Positions 1 to 13,358 of a DNA stretch of 64,000 nt are shown piece after piece (position 1 is the first letter of the stretch; every line of letters starts with the position of its first letter). Both the position numbers and the translations under genes were made by a program. Origin of the DNA: Octopus vulgaris (lineage: Eukaryota); NCBI GenBank assembly GCA_951406725.2, contig OX597830.1, positions 69,564,001-69,628,000 of the forward strand, given 5' to 3'. A model generated the notes under the pieces. That model was given only the letters and a program-made list of their open reading frames with translations. It had not been told where the DNA came from and did not search any database.

Positions 1-75
1 TTAATTTCATTTCTATGTATTGGCTTATGATTTTCACTGTTTGATTTGCCTAATAGTCATTTTATCTCTAATTTA

Positions 76-125
<50 letters not shown>

Positions 126-304
126 ACACAAGCACATACACAGACAGACACACAATATATACACACACAAAGGCGACGAGCTGGCAGAAATGTTAGCATG
201 CTGGGTGAAATAGTTAGCAGTATTTCATCAGTCTTTACGTTCTGAGTTCAAATTCCACCGAGGTCGACGGAATATATATATACATACATATATATATATA
301 TATA

Positions 305-676
305 TCATCATCATCATCATCGTATAAGGTCCGCTCTCCATGCTAGCATGGGTTGGACGATTTGACTGAGGACTGGTGGCAAACCAGATAGCTGCACCGG
401 GCTCCAGTCTTGATCAGGCAGAATTCCTACAGCTGGATGCCCTTCCTAACGCCAACCACTCTGAGAGTGTAATGAGTGCTTTTATGTGCCACCGGCACGA
501 GGGCCAGTCAGGTAGTACTGGCAACGGCCATGCTCAAATGGTGTTTTTTTACGTACCACCTGCACAAGAGCCAGTCCGGCGGTACTAGCAACAACCTCAC
601 TTGAATGTTTTTTCACGTGCCAGTACCACCAGTACAAGTACCAGTATCCAGTAAGGTGACGCTGGTAACGATCACG

Positions 677-678
<2 letters not shown>
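305..678 (-). mobile_element. 5'-truncated RTE LINE 3' UTR copy with (GAT)n tail
   Basis: Matches the 3' UTR of the RTE at 44672-45245 (ctacagctggatgcccttcctaacgccaaccactc, gtgccaccggcac hairpin units) and has a (cat)n tail. Confidence 0.8.
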
Positions 679-720
<42 letters not shown>

Positions 721-762
721 TTACCATTTAATAATGAGCTGAAGATTAGATAGCAATATCAA

Positions 763-816
<54 letters not shown>

Positions 817-1412
817 CACACACACACACAAACTTACTATTTAATAATGAGTTGAAGATTAGATAGCAATATCAAGGACATACTTGCAAATTCTAGAGAA
901 ATCAGTTTATTTTATAGCTGTTTGGTTGTTTTAGGTTTTTATTATTTTTTTTTTTTTTGCACTTCTTAAGGAAAGTAATGGCTCATTCATTATTAAACTA
1001 GTTTGGGATATTATTTTTTTTTCTCTCATGTGATATTTAGTGAAGAATAGCTTGGTTTAATACAGTTCTGTAATGGATCATTCACTGGTTCACTGGATTT
1101 CTAACAATGAAAGTAACAAGGGTGTGTGAGTTACCCAATATGAAACAAATATTGCAAGGCACTTCATTTGAAAAGTACCATATTTTTCAAATTTCTTTTA
1201 AATAATTAAAATTTTGAGCAAAGTTCTACACACTGGCACTTATGTACATACATACATTTTGTGTATGTGTGTGTGTGTATGTGTGCATATGTATTTATAT
1301 ATATATATATATATAAAGTTAATCCAAACAAGAAAGCACAAAAAAACACAACGTGAGGACGTGGAACAAATATAGTATTATTGGATGCTCAGGAAAGAAG
1401 GAAAGAAGGAGG

Positions 1413-1447
1413 GTTTAACGTTTCGAGCGGAGCTCTTCGTCGGAAAC
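1413..1447 (-). ncRNA. Minimal type I hammerhead ribozyme motif (Penelope-like), variant core
   Basis: Minus strand reads GTTT-CCGACGA-A-GAGC tcc GCTC-GAAA-CG-TT-AAAC. Stem I is GTTT/AAAC, stem II is GAGC/GCTC, stem III is the palindrome ACGT. Core is CCGA instead of CTGA. Confidence 0.6.
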
Positions 1448-1889
1448 ATAAAAGGAAAGATCCAGAGAAGGGAAGACAGAGGAAAAAATCGCCAACGGTA
1501 CACACGAGGTCATATATATATCCATGCGAGTGTGAATGTGTGTGTGTGTATGTGTGCGTGTTTGTGTGAATGTGCATATTTATATTCCCTTCACCTATTT
1601 TTGATCCATTGCTGAATGAAGCCCCAGCATGCTGTTGCTGGCTTACCTGTAGTGTTTGTTAGCTTACCTGTCCATATTCATTAAATCTGGCTTGAACGGA
1701 AGACATCATTGGTCAAGTGATTTACCCTGATTATTGACACTGAGACAGAATTTGAACTCAATATGCAAAGAACTACAACAGATACCACAAAGCAAGTACT
1801 ATTTTTTTTTCTGTAGTTTCAGCTCAGAGCTGTGACCATGCTGAGGCACCACCGTTTCGCTACCCTGTTATTATTGAGAGCCTCTTCCA

Positions 1890-3782
1890 ATATGTGGCAG
1901 TTGGTGAAGAATGGAGTTTGATATAGCTACCCTCATTTGCACCTCTTGCCGTGATGTAGGTTCATCTGGGACTCTCGACAGGAAGAGGTCCAGCTTTGAT
2001 TTGTTGGACATATTTTATGAAAAAGCTGTAAAATTATGGGAAACTTGTTGGAGGGTCTACTTGAGTTGCAGAAACAGTAATAACAACAACTCAAAAAACA
2101 ACAAGAACAACAACAAATGTTACTGCAACAAATGCTACAACTAATGAAGTTGGTAACAAAACCAGAAAATACATTCTTGCCAGACCATGTAGCAAATTCA
2201 ATAAATAAATTTAAATATGACCTAGAAGAAGGAGTCACCTTAGAGACATATTAGGGAAGATTTGAACTAATTTTCAAAAAAGAATGCCAAGACCGGATGG
2301 ACAAAATGAAAATGCATCTAATTCTGAGGAAACTGATGATGACAGAGCACAAGAAATACTGTGACTTTATATTGAACTAAAAAAGTTTCAGGCATAAATT
2401 TCATGGACACAATTGACATTTTATGTAAGATGTTCAGTGAAAAGACATTGTTATTCAACACATGTTGGAAGGGTTTGAATATGGAGAAAAGCAATGATGA
2501 AGACTTTACCACATATGCGGGTAGAGTGGACAGAGAGTGTGAGAGATTTAAACTGGATAAACTAACTCCAGACTCGTTCAAGTACCTGATTTTTGCTCAG
2601 GGACTTACTGCTAAAAAGGACACAGAAGTCAGAATGAAAATTCTCGCAAAGCTGGAAATGAACTTGTCGGAAGAGTGTGACGTGATATTAAAAGTGAGAG
2701 GAAATCCAATGCAGAGATTGTTTACAGACAAAACCAGTGTAGAAAAGTCGGAAGACGGATAAAGTGTGTCACAAAAAAAACAGGACATGCAACAGGAAAT
2801 AAACTCAGGTATGGCATGTGGTGGTGAGTACTTGAGAAAAGGGTGTCCATTCGATAAAGCAAAGTGTTCTCGTTGTGGGAACACAGTACGCATTAAATCA
2901 CACTGCAGAATAAAGATAATGAAAAATTGGACCATACAAGAAAATATAAATAGCTTGTCATTGGAGAAAAAAGTTTATACAGCAAACAGGAAAACTATCA
3001 AGGTGAGAATCAAAACCACTAGTGTCAAAATGCAATTAGACACAGGTAGTGACATCACCATCATAAATGAAGAAACATGGTGACAAATTGGTTAATCAAA
3101 ATTATTTAAATCAAATGAAGCAGGAAATAAATTATATTTCATCAGCGAATGTATTTGCAATGTAACTTTTTGAGGTGAAACATAAAGGACAATCATTTAT
3201 GTGTTGAAAAAAACCCCACTAAACCTATTTGGCAGAGAATGCATGGAGTTATTTAAAATGTGGGATACCCCCATTAGTGTTCCCTGTGAAAATGTAGTTG
3301 GGATGGTTAAAAGTTCGAATGAAGTCGAACAACTGAGACAAAAAAGAAAAAAATTGTTTCCAAATGTCGTTTTGGAAGGATTAGGTTGTTACACTAAAAC
3401 AAAAGTGAGGATCGTGGTAAAAGAAAAGGCAACTCCTGTTTTTGGGCCCAAATGGAATGTGCCATTTGCAACATTGGTCCAGGTCAATAAAGAGCTAGAA
3501 AGACTAGAAAGTCTAGCTATAATTGAAAAAGTCAACCATTCAGACTGGGCAGCTCCGACGGTTTATGTAAAGAAAAAAACACAATAAACTAAGAGTTTGT
3601 GCAAACTTTTCAGCTGGATTAAATTACGTTTCCTCGAACACAACAATCCATTACTAAACCCAGAAGAAATGTTCTCAAAACTAAATGGAGGAAAAATTTT
3701 CTCAAAGTTAGACCTCTCGGAGACCTATCTACAGATACAAGTACAGGAAGATTGTGGACACCTTTTAACAATCAATACCCAC
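1890..3782 (+). mobile_element. Decayed Ty3/gypsy LTR retrotransposon (Mag/K02A2.6-like): gag, protease, RT start
   Basis: Broken ORFs with gag (FTTYAGRVDRECERFKL), degenerate double zinc knuckle (CGGEYLRKGCPFDKAKCSRCGNTVRIKSHC), aspartic protease LDTGS, and RT (SDWAAPTVYVKK; FSKLDLSETYLQIQV..LLTINTHG). Possible tRNA-Leu PBS (tgtggcagttggtg) near 1893-1906. Many stops and frameshifts. Confidence 0.88.
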
Positions 3783-4937
3783 GGGAAACACCTTAAAATT
3801 TCAAACAAATTAATTTTGATATGGGGTAGGACCACCTTTGGCAGTAATTACAGCTTGAATTCTATGAAGTATAGACTCGTACAAAGTTTGAATGTTTCCA
3901 AAGGAATTTTTGTCCATTCTTCAACTAAAACAGTCTCCAGTTCTTGTAGGATATCAACTCCTTACTTGTTTTTCTAAAATGCACCATAAAAGTTCAATAA
4001 TATTGAGATATGGGGACTGTGTGGCCAGATAAGATGTTTAATGTCACTAGAATGTTTCTCATGCCATTCTGTAACAACTTTAGCTGTGTGAATTGGTGCA
4101 TTATCATCGTGAAATACTGAGTTTCCCTTCAGAAACAGTTCTGCAACCATAGGATGAATTTGATCAGATAAAATGTTTAGTCTTGACTGTGAATTTTGCC
4201 ATGAAGGGAAACTATTGGGCTGGCAGATTTCCAAGATATGGCTCCACCCCCGATCATCACAGATCCATATTTAACAGTTGGAGGAAGGCAGTCTGGATCA
4301 AATCCTTGTTTTGGCTGTCTCCACACGTATGACTCATCCAAGAAAATAACATTCTTCCACTGCTCTAGGCACCAATTCTGTAGGTTTTTACTCCACTCTA
4401 AATGCTTTGCAATGTTTGTTTTTGAAAGTAGTGGTTTTCTGATTGCAGCCCTCCCGTGAAAACCAGCTTTGTGCAGCTCCCAGCAAACAGCTTTTGTGGA
4501 AACTGGGTTCTTGAGGTGGTAATTAAGCTCTGCAGTAATTTTGGGAGCAGTTCTTTTGTGATCCTTTCTAACAATTTGCGTAAGAGTCCGACAGTCCCTA
4601 TATGATAGATTTGGTTTTCTTTGTTTCGATGAGGAGGTTTTTTTCCCTCTTACTCAAAGGCTATCATTACTTTTGAGACTGTACCTCTTGATACAACTGC
4701 CATATGAGTACCAACAATTTGACCTCTTTGTAAGTCAAATAGACCTGTCATTTTAATGAATTTTAATTACTTTTTTCTGATGATATCTGAAAAGAAACAG
4801 CTGTTTTAGCAAAACATATTAAGCAACATTAATAATAAATCAAAAAAAATAATAATAAAACTTTTGAAGGTTTTATAGATATTTCAAAATTATGATGCTA
4901 TGATGCGAGGTGTTTCCATTATTTTGTCCAACCCCTG
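3783..4937 (-). mobile_element. Tc1-family DNA transposon relic
   Basis: FHDDNAPIHTAK...IWPHSP transposase motifs (ORF 3974-4234). Right TIR is aggtgtttccattattttgtccaacccctg followed by TA. The left end keeps only the inner TIR part, ggaaacacct. Confidence 0.85.
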
Positions 4938-5074
4938 TATGTGTGTTTGTCTTATTTTTGTTAAAACGAAATGACTAATGTCACAGCTCCCTTTTGTTAT
5001 TGACTGATGGAATTCAAAGATGTCTCTTTTGTTCCCGTTGACATTTCGCAATATCAATAGGATCGGGTATAGCT

Positions 5075-5210
5075 ATATAGTTAAGGACCTCACTTTGTAA
5101 CCACATGGTCTTGGGTCCAATCCCATTTTGCAGAACAACTTGGGAAGGTGTCTTCTACTATAGCCCTGGGCTGACCAATGCCTTATGAAAGGATTTGGTT
5201 GTCAGAAACT

Positions 5211-5265
<55 letters not shown>

Positions 5266-5512
5266 CGTGTGTGTGTGTGTGTGCGTGTGCGTGTGAGTGT
5301 GTCTCTGTGCTAGTGTTCGTCCACCCCAACACCACATGATAACTGGTGTTAGTTTGTTTACATCCCTCAAACTTGGCAGTTTGGCAAGAGACTGATAGAA
5401 TAAGTACCAGACTTCAAAATAAATACTGGGGCCAATTTGTTCAACTAAAACCCTTCAAGGCAGTGCTCCAGCATGGTCACAACCCAATGAGTGAAACGAA
5501 TAAAAGATAAAA
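5075..5512 (+). mobile_element. SINE family A, diverged copy with internal (GT)n
   Basis: Similar to the full copy at 7568-7978. Confidence 0.7.
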
Positions 5513-5619
5513 GAGAAGATCATAAAAGACACACATAACATCTCTTGTTCCATGTAAGAAACTCAAAAGTCCCCCTTAAGAAACTTAAATGAAACTCAAG
5601 TCCAACTTAATGCTTTTTC

Positions 5620-6512
5620 TTTTTGGAGTCTGTTTGTAGGAAATCCGTGTTCTTCCTTTTTCTTCTACTTGTACACGTGGGTTCAACCACCTATAACTGT
5701 GTTGGTACCTGCAATGTGTCATACAACCATTCTGTAGGTTCTTCCAATCTGTCTGGTTCATTTTCTATGAATCTCTTCTTCAATTGGTTTCTGTGTCTTT
5801 TTTCAATACCTTTTCTGCTTTTAATCCCGTACATCATTTTCCCTATGTACTTTGTATTTTTCTTTCTGTGGTGTTAGCGGTGTTATGGGCTGTGATGAGC
5901 TATGTGGTGTTGGTGGAGAGGATGAAAAATGAGGTAGATGGAAGTAAGGCTTGCAGGGGCCGGCGGAAGAGTGAAAAGGGCGTGTGTGAGCAGGAAGCAC
6001 GTGTGGTCAGCAAGCACGTGTAGTCAGTTCCAGCAAAGAGCGCAGAGCGACAAGACGTGTTGAATTCGTGAGAGTGACCACTGATTTCGCCGAGGTAAGG
6101 CCTTTTGTATTTCTTTCTCCCGTTGCTTCTTTTTCTGTTGTCCTTTTCCTCCATCACACTACACTTTCTTCCCAGTATTGTTTTCCACTTTTATATGACC
6201 TTTTGTGCACCTTATCACCAATTTTGAAAAATTTTTGGTTTGTCTCTCCTGGTACTTTTCCTTTCCTCGCCATGTAACAGTTTATCAAAAACTGACTTCA
6301 TCTTCCTCGAGAAACATCAGTTCTGCTGGTGAGCTTCCTGCTGGTGTATCGGGGTTCAGTGTCACCCTGTATACCCTTAGGAACTGCTGCAGAGTGACTT
6401 CGTCTGTGACTTCCTTGTCTGCTTTTCTCAAAGCTCTTTTAAAAGTGCCCACAAAATGCTCTGTCTGTCCATTTGATCTGGGATGGTAAGGCACTATCAC
6501 TATATATTCCAC
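5620..6512 (-). mobile_element. Ty3/gypsy integrase C-terminal half, degenerate
   Basis: PYHPRSNGQTEHFVGTFKRAL...LQQFLRVYRVTLNPDTPAGSSPAELMF is the integrase core end motif (PYHPQSNG.AER..T.K). Confidence 0.82.
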
Positions 6513-6571
6513 TGCCCCGCTCCCTTATGACATTTTTATTATAGTCACAAAGCTTTTATTTTGTAAATTTG

Positions 6572-6946
6572 AATCGTGGCCGATGCCCGAATCATGGCCG
6601 ATGCCAGCGCTGCCTTGACTGGCCTCCATGCCGGTGGCACGTAAAAAGCACCATCCAAATCATGGCTGATGCCAGCGCCGCCTTGACTGGCTTCCGTGCT
6701 GGTGGCACATAAAATGCACCAATCTGATCATGGCCATTGCCAGCCTCACCTGGCACCTGTGCAGGTGGCACGTAAAAAGCACCCACTACACTCACGGAGT
6801 GGTTGGTGTTAGGAAGGGCATCCAGCTGTAGAAACACTGCCAGATCAGACTGGAGCCTGGTGCAGCCTTCTGGCTTCCCAGATCCCCAGTCGAACCATCC
6901 AACCCATGCTGGCATGGAAAACGGACGTTAAACGATGATGATGATG
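6572..6946 (+). mobile_element. RTE 3' UTR copy with about 60-bp units and (GAT)n tail
   Basis: ggcacgtaaaaagcacc units followed by gttaaacgatgatgatgatg. Confidence 0.82.
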
Positions 6947-7043
6947 TTTACAAGAATCTGATTTTTGGAATATGGTCCCTCAATAGTGCTATGCTCAAGG
7001 CTCAATTTTTTAATTCTTTCACATACTTTAAGAGCATGAAGAC

Positions 7044-7385
7044 ACATGGCTCAGTGATTAGAGTGTTGGGCTCACAATCATGAGGTAGTGAGTTTGATTC
7101 CCACATTGGGCTGTGTGATGTGTTCTTGAACGTGATACTTTATTTCACATTGCTCCAGTTCACTCAGCTGTAGAAATGATTTGCAACGTCACTGGTGCCA
7201 AGCTGTATCAGCCTTTGCCTTTCCCTTGGATAACATTGCTGACAGGGAGAGAGAAGGCTGGTATGCATGGGTAACTTCTGGTCTTCCATAAACAACCTTG
7301 CCCAGATTTGTGCCTTGGAGGGGAACATTCTAGGTGCAATCTCATGGTCATTCAGGAACAAAGGGCGTCTTTACCCTTTGCCTTT
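7044..7385 (+). mobile_element. tRNA-derived SINE family C
   Basis: A box tggctcagtgatt and B-box-like gagtttgattcc. Related copies at about 12262-12592 (+), 16600-16980 (-), 27573-27830 (+), 30606-30722 (+) and 55377-55690 (-). Confidence 0.72.
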
Positions 7386-7567
7386 TTATATGAAGAGCAT
7401 TGACAGGGAACCTTCTGATTTATATCCATTCATCCATCTATTTTTCTTTGACACTATTCCTGGGAGAATCATAGGGGTAGAATCTTCAGACACCTTCTCA
7501 AAAGGATCCTATCAGAAGCAAATGTAATTATATTTTTATAATTATAATTATATATAAATATAATTAT

Positions 7568-7978
7568 AAGGCGCAGGAGTGGCTGTGTGGTAAGTAGCTT
7601 GCTAACCAACCACATGGTTCCGGGTTCAGTCCCACTGCGTGGCATCTTGGGCAAGTGTCTTCTGTTATAGCCCTGGGCCGACCAATGCCTTGTGAGTGGA
7701 TTTGGTAGACGGAAACTGAAAGAAGCCTGTCGTATATATGTATATATATATAAGTGTGTGTGTATATGTTTGTGTGTCTGTGTTTGTCCCCCTAGCATTG
7801 CTTGACAACCGATGCTGGTGTGTTTACATCCCCGTCACTTAGTGGTTCAGCAAAAGAGCCCGATAGAATAAGTACTGGGCTTACAAAGAATAAATCCTGG
7901 GGTCGATTTGCTCGACTAAAGGCGGTGCTCCAGCATGGCCGCAGTCAAATGACTGAAACAAGTAAAAGAGTAAAAGAG
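7568..7978 (+). mobile_element. tRNA-derived SINE family A (CORE-like box, internal TA/TG microsatellite, taaaagag tail)
   Basis: Head aggcgcaggagtggctgtgtggtaag, B box gggttcagtcc, CORE-like cttgggcaagtg. More than ten near-identical copies in the window. Confidence 0.85.
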
Positions 7979-9807
7979 ATATCCAAGTGTGACCGACTGA
8001 GACAATGGATATTATCCAACCTTCTTGTTCTTGGTCTTATCCTAAGTCTTCTGTCAGTTGACTCAGCTTGAAGCATCTGTCTTGTGGTCCTTCACTGCAA
8101 CATTCTACTCACATGTCCATACTACCAAAGATCTGACTCTCTCAATGCAGAGAAGTTGTGGCTCAACTTGGAGCAACTCCCTGATCCCGAGCTATGTACC
8201 TTGTTGAATAATGTCGTTCCATTTTATTCACTTGTATTCCTGATTTTACTCTTTGGATCATGACCTAAAATTTGTGACCATAAGTGAGGAAAGGCACAGA
8301 AACCAGATGTAAATGGCAAATTTGGGTTTTCTCTTTTTTCTTTCTTTTTGTTTAAACTCTCCTTTTTTGAGTATTGAATGCTGAAGTTGGCACATCACTG
8401 GAGAGATTCAGTTGTACCATAAAAAAAAAAGGAAAATGGAACACTCTTGAAATCCACTCTGGTTTTATGCTGTTAAGTCATTTCATTACTGTATTTATTT
8501 TGAGATGCTCTATGTTTCTTTCAATTAATTTTAAATATAACAAAAAATTTAGTAAAATAACTTATTTATCAGTAAGCTAATGTTAGGAACACAAATTGTG
8601 ACTAAGGTTTGGTGGAAGATTTTAATTCAGAACTTTTGAAAACAAGACATTTGTACTCAGAGCCAGAGCCGGTTTCAGCCGGGTTGATATCAAAAGGGTT
8701 AAGTCATTTCGATAATTCCCTTCACTTTTCCAACTAAATCTTCTCTGAAGTTGTTATGTTTACTTTCCAAAATTGACTAGACACCTTCTGGTATACTTGT
8801 CTTCACAATTTGAGCACAGAACAGGTTATCTGCTTCCTCCAAAATTCTGCTTCATATTACTTTGGCTTAACCCTCTAACATTCACATTACTCCGTGAATG
8901 TTTAGCTGTTCACATTGCTTATTTTCAGAATAATATTATAGAAAGTGTAAGATGCCACATGTGGCCAGTTTGAAGATAAAACAGGGCTGAATATTTTGGC
9001 TAGATATGATCAGTTTAAATGCTAAAGAGTTAATTTTCCAACAGCTAAATTATTGTCAAACCAAGGAGTAATGGATATAGAAGGAAGTGTACTTATAGTC
9101 TCACCTGTTCCTTCAATCAGCAAATTTACTGTCAATCCCACAAGAAAGGAATGTGACCTAAGTGTTGCTGAAACCAAGCCTAAAGAGTCATCCCACGGTG
9201 TCTCACAAAGTGTTGGTTTGAAAAACAATAAACCACCTATGACAAAAGCTATGACAACAACAACAATGAAAACAACAGCAACAACTCCTTAAATAAGCCC
9301 CATTGTTTAACCTAGGTTGTTTAACTATTAGAAGACAGCACAGCACTTAATAGGATGTACTGACATTGCTTAGCTAGGCCAGAGTTTACACTATCCCAGT
9401 AAGAAATACAAAAGAAATAAAAATAACTATCACCTACGGAGTGTTTGAGAACCCAACAGAAAGTGCTTGAAGGAATGTGAGAAGCAATAGGGTATATGAA
9501 AAACGGAAGATTATATAGGATGGTCACAAAACTCTACCCCAATAACAGAGACAATATAAATATCCAGACGTGCATGCCTTCTCATGAATATGTAATCCTA
9601 CGCTTGTATTTCTGGAAATATGTAAATAAGGTGAGACAAGGCCACCGGAAATAATCTAATTATTTTTGAATGACTTTGGAGGTGTATGGAATGATTGCAG
9701 ATATCAGAACAACACAACACAAAAACTAGTCTGACCTAAAAATAGAGGTGCAGATGTTGCTCACTCCAGAAAACTTACTAAGGATACTCAAACTCATTCC
9801 CCTAGAG

Positions 9808-10026
9808 CAGTGGTTTTCAACCAGGGTTCCGCGGAACCTTAGGGTTCCGCCAGTACAGTCCAGGGGTTCCGCAAAAAGTTACAAAACTGCTAAAATCGGC
9901 AGTAATTTTTAATTCTCCTGTGCAGATATGTGTGCATAAGACTATTAAATTATTGCGCAGGGGTTCCTCAAGCCAGTGGAATGTTTCCTTGGGGTTCCGC
10001 TCCAGCAAAAAGGTTCAAAAGCACTG
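9808..10026. mobile_element. hAT (Charlie-like) MITE
   Basis: TIRs cagtggttttcaacc / ggttcaaaagcactg and a perfect 8-bp TSD ccctagag (9800-9807 and 10027-10034). Confidence 0.85.
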
Positions 10027-10801
10027 CCCTAGAGAATGGGAATTCATAAGTTTTGAAGAAAAACAAGGCTCAAAATGCACATATATACAAGAGCAAGCCT
10101 TTTTCTTGCCCTTCTGAATTATTATCAGATGACAAAGAAAAAAAGGGGTAACCCAGAGAGTGGCAAGTGGTAAACAGAAAAGTCAAAAAAAGAAAAGGCA
10201 AAAAAACCAAAGGCACCTATGAAGAAACATAAAAATGATGAAAATCAAAAGACACAAAATAATCACCAACTAACACAGGTACCAAAACAACACCAGGAAC
10301 AAACAAAATAACAAAACTCGAAACTACTACAACCACTACCACAGCAACAACAACAACCAAACATAGGATATTGACCACAAGAACAATGGTGATAAGACAA
10401 AAGCGCAATAGCAACAAATACACAAACAAAAACAACAACAACAGCAACCAAACACAAATAGAAAACATTGACTTAGCTGTTATAAAAAAACAAGTTGGCT
10501 GACTACATAAAAAAAAAAACAAATTATTTTCTAGTACACAACTCAAAATTTTCAGACCAATCTTAACAGCTGAAAATAGTCAGTCAATCTATACATCAAA
10601 ACAATTTTGGAGGACCAAAAATTCCATGTGAAATGCAGTAGAATTTGGAAAAATAATGACAATATTTGAATGTTTACTCTCCATGTTTACATTATATACT
10701 CTGCTGGTTTGTATGTCAGAGTATTCAATAGCAAACAGGTGAGGACAAATTTGAGAAATTCATCCCCAAAACACTCAAAGCCAGATTATTAATAAATAAA
10801 T

Positions 10802-10900
10802 ACCACCACCTCTTCCTCTTCCTCCTCCCCCTCCTCCTCCTCTTCCACCACCATCTCCTCCTCCACCACAACCTCCTCCTCCTCCTCTTCCACCACCATC
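10802..10900. repeat. (CCT/CCA)n low-complexity tract
   Basis: Directly visible. Confidence 0.85.
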
Positions 10901-11077
10901 TCCTATGCCTGTATCTTAGCAGTGTGGCAAAAAAACCCACCCCCCAAAAAACGATACAAAAAGTACCAGGTTTTAAAAAAAAGTACTAGTGTCAATTTGT
11001 TCGACTAAACCCTCCGTGTTGGTGCCTCAGCTTGGCTGCAGTCCAATGACTAGAACAAGTAAAAGATAAAAGATTAA

Positions 11078-11297
11078 CCCTTTAGTGTTTAAACCGGCTG
11101 TATCCAGCCCAAATATTCTACACGTTTTATGCTCAAACTGGCCAGAACATGCATCTCACACCTACCCTGCAATGTCACTCTAAAAATAAGCAAGTACATC
11201 TTTCCTATCTTGAAGCTACAAAATAATATTAGATAATTTTTTTTAAATGTGAATAAATAAGGATTACTTTTGACAAATTAATCTGAACACTAAAGGG
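11078..11297. mobile_element. piggyBac-like MITE
   Basis: TTAA on both sides, TIRs ccctttagtgtt / aacactaaaggg. Relatives at about 8868-9032, 56288-56508 and 61663-61840. Confidence 0.78.
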
Positions 11298-11764
11298 TTA
11301 AAAGATAAAATATAGCTGTTCACTATAGAACTATGAAAACCTTTTATACACAACAAAAGGTCACTCAAAATAGTATAGTTGCAATAGAGAAGACACAGTG
11401 TTGTTGTTGTGTTTGTTATACAGAGTGTAAAAAGAAGCCTGGAGTACTCTCCAGTTAAACCATTGTGTAGGTTTTGTTTCTTTGAAGCAGTTTCACAAAT
11501 ACTTTTTGCTTTCATTTTTACTCAGTTTTTGAGTATGAGCTAAGCAACTGACAAAGAAAGCAGCAATTTATCTGACAAAATTTTTAATGGTTCAGCATTG
11601 AACTGGTCCAAACCAGTTCAATATTTAGATCATTTGTTTAACCTACTTTCAATTTTCCCTCTGAAATTTTTCTCCAATTTTAGAATGTCTCTGAACTTTT
11701 ATTTATCGATGACCAGTATTGATATAACTGAATTGAGCAAGTCAAATTATTCCACTGTTTTGTT

Positions 11765-12020
11765 TACTCTTTTACTTGTTTCAGTCATGTGACTGTGCCC
11801 ATGGTGGAGCACTGCCTTTAGTCAAGCAAATCGACCCCAGGAGTTATTCTTTGTAAGCCTAGTACTTATGCTATCTGTTTCTTTTGCCAAACTGCTAAGT
11901 TACGGAGACGTAAACACACCAGCATCGGTTGTCAAGCAGATGACACACAAACATATACTCACACGCACATACATACATACATACATACATACATACATAC
12001 ATACATTCATACATACATAC

Positions 12021-12068
<48 letters not shown>

Positions 12069-12230
12069 GACAGGCTTCTTTCAGTTTCCGCCTACCAAAT
12101 CCACTCACAAGGTTTTGATTGGCCCAAGGCTATAGGAGAAGACACTTGCCCAAGGTGCCATGCAGTGGGACTGAACCTGGAACGATGTTGCTGGTAAGCA
12201 AGTTACTTACCACACAGCCACTCCTGCGCC
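11765..12230 (-). mobile_element. SINE family A
   Basis: Reverse complement of 7568-7978 with internal (CATA)n(TA)n. Confidence 0.85.
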
Positions 12231-12722
12231 TTTTAAAATTATTTAGTGTGTGAATCATTCAGTGGCTCAGTGTTTAGAGCATTGGACTCACAATCGTGAG
12301 GTAGTGAGTTTGATTCCCGGACCAGGCTATGTGTTGTGTTAAGACACTTTATTTCAGATTGCTCCAGTTCACTCACCTGTAGAAATGAAATGCGATGTCA
12401 CTGGTGCCAAGCTGCATCAGCCTTTGTTGTTCCCTTGGATAACATCGGTGGCGTGGAGAGTGGAGGCTGGTATGCATGGGTGACTGCTGGTCTTCCACAA
12501 ACAACCGCACCTGGACTTCTGTCTTGGTGGGTAACTTTCTAAATGCAACACCATGGTCATTCCTGACTGAAGGTGCTCTTTACCCTTTACCCTAGTGTGT
12601 GTGAACTCTGGCTTACAATGATCAACAATGGCCTTGTCATTCAAATACTCACAACTTATACATTTATTTTTACTTTTGTTCATTTGATTGCTAGTGGCAC
12701 TCTGTGACTCTTTTTGCAATCA

Positions 12723-13117
12723 CTCTTTTACTTGTTTCAGTCATTTGACTGCGGCCATGCTGGAGCACCGCCATTAGTCGAGCAATCGACCCCGGGACTT
12801 ATTCTTTTGTAAGCCTAGTACTTATTCTATCGGTCTCTTTTGCCGAACCGCTAAGTAACGGGGACATAAACACACCAGCATCGGTTGTCAAGCAATGCTA
12901 GGGGAACAAACACAGACACACAAACACACACACGCATATATATATATATATACGACAGGCTTCTTTCAGTTTCCGTCTACCAAATCCACTCACAAGGCTT
13001 TGGTCGGCCCGAGGCTATAGTAGAAGACACTTGCCCAAGGTGCCACGCAGTGGGACTGAACCCGGAACCATGTGGTTAGTAAACAAGCTACTTACCACAC
13101 AGGCACTCCTGCACCTA
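12723..13117 (-). mobile_element. SINE family A
   Basis: Near-identical to other family A copies. Confidence 0.85.
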
Positions 13118-13358
13118 TTATGTATATATTATATATATAATGTATATGTATATATATATTATATTATATATACTACAAAATTAGAAAATGGAGAAACATA
13201 CTTAAATCAATAAAACATCAACTATCAGATGATACCCAATCAATACTTTATTACACCATTACATATCAGTAAAGGCATTATACAAAATATAAAGTAAATA
13301 TAAATAGACAAGGAAGTAGAAATATAAAATATAAAATATAATGTGTAATTATCTCATA

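Noticed and set aside
7469-8071. Recurring ORFs such as RRHLPKVPRSGTEPGTMWLVSKLLTTQP as a gene family
   Set aside because: These are chance frames of SINE A copies.
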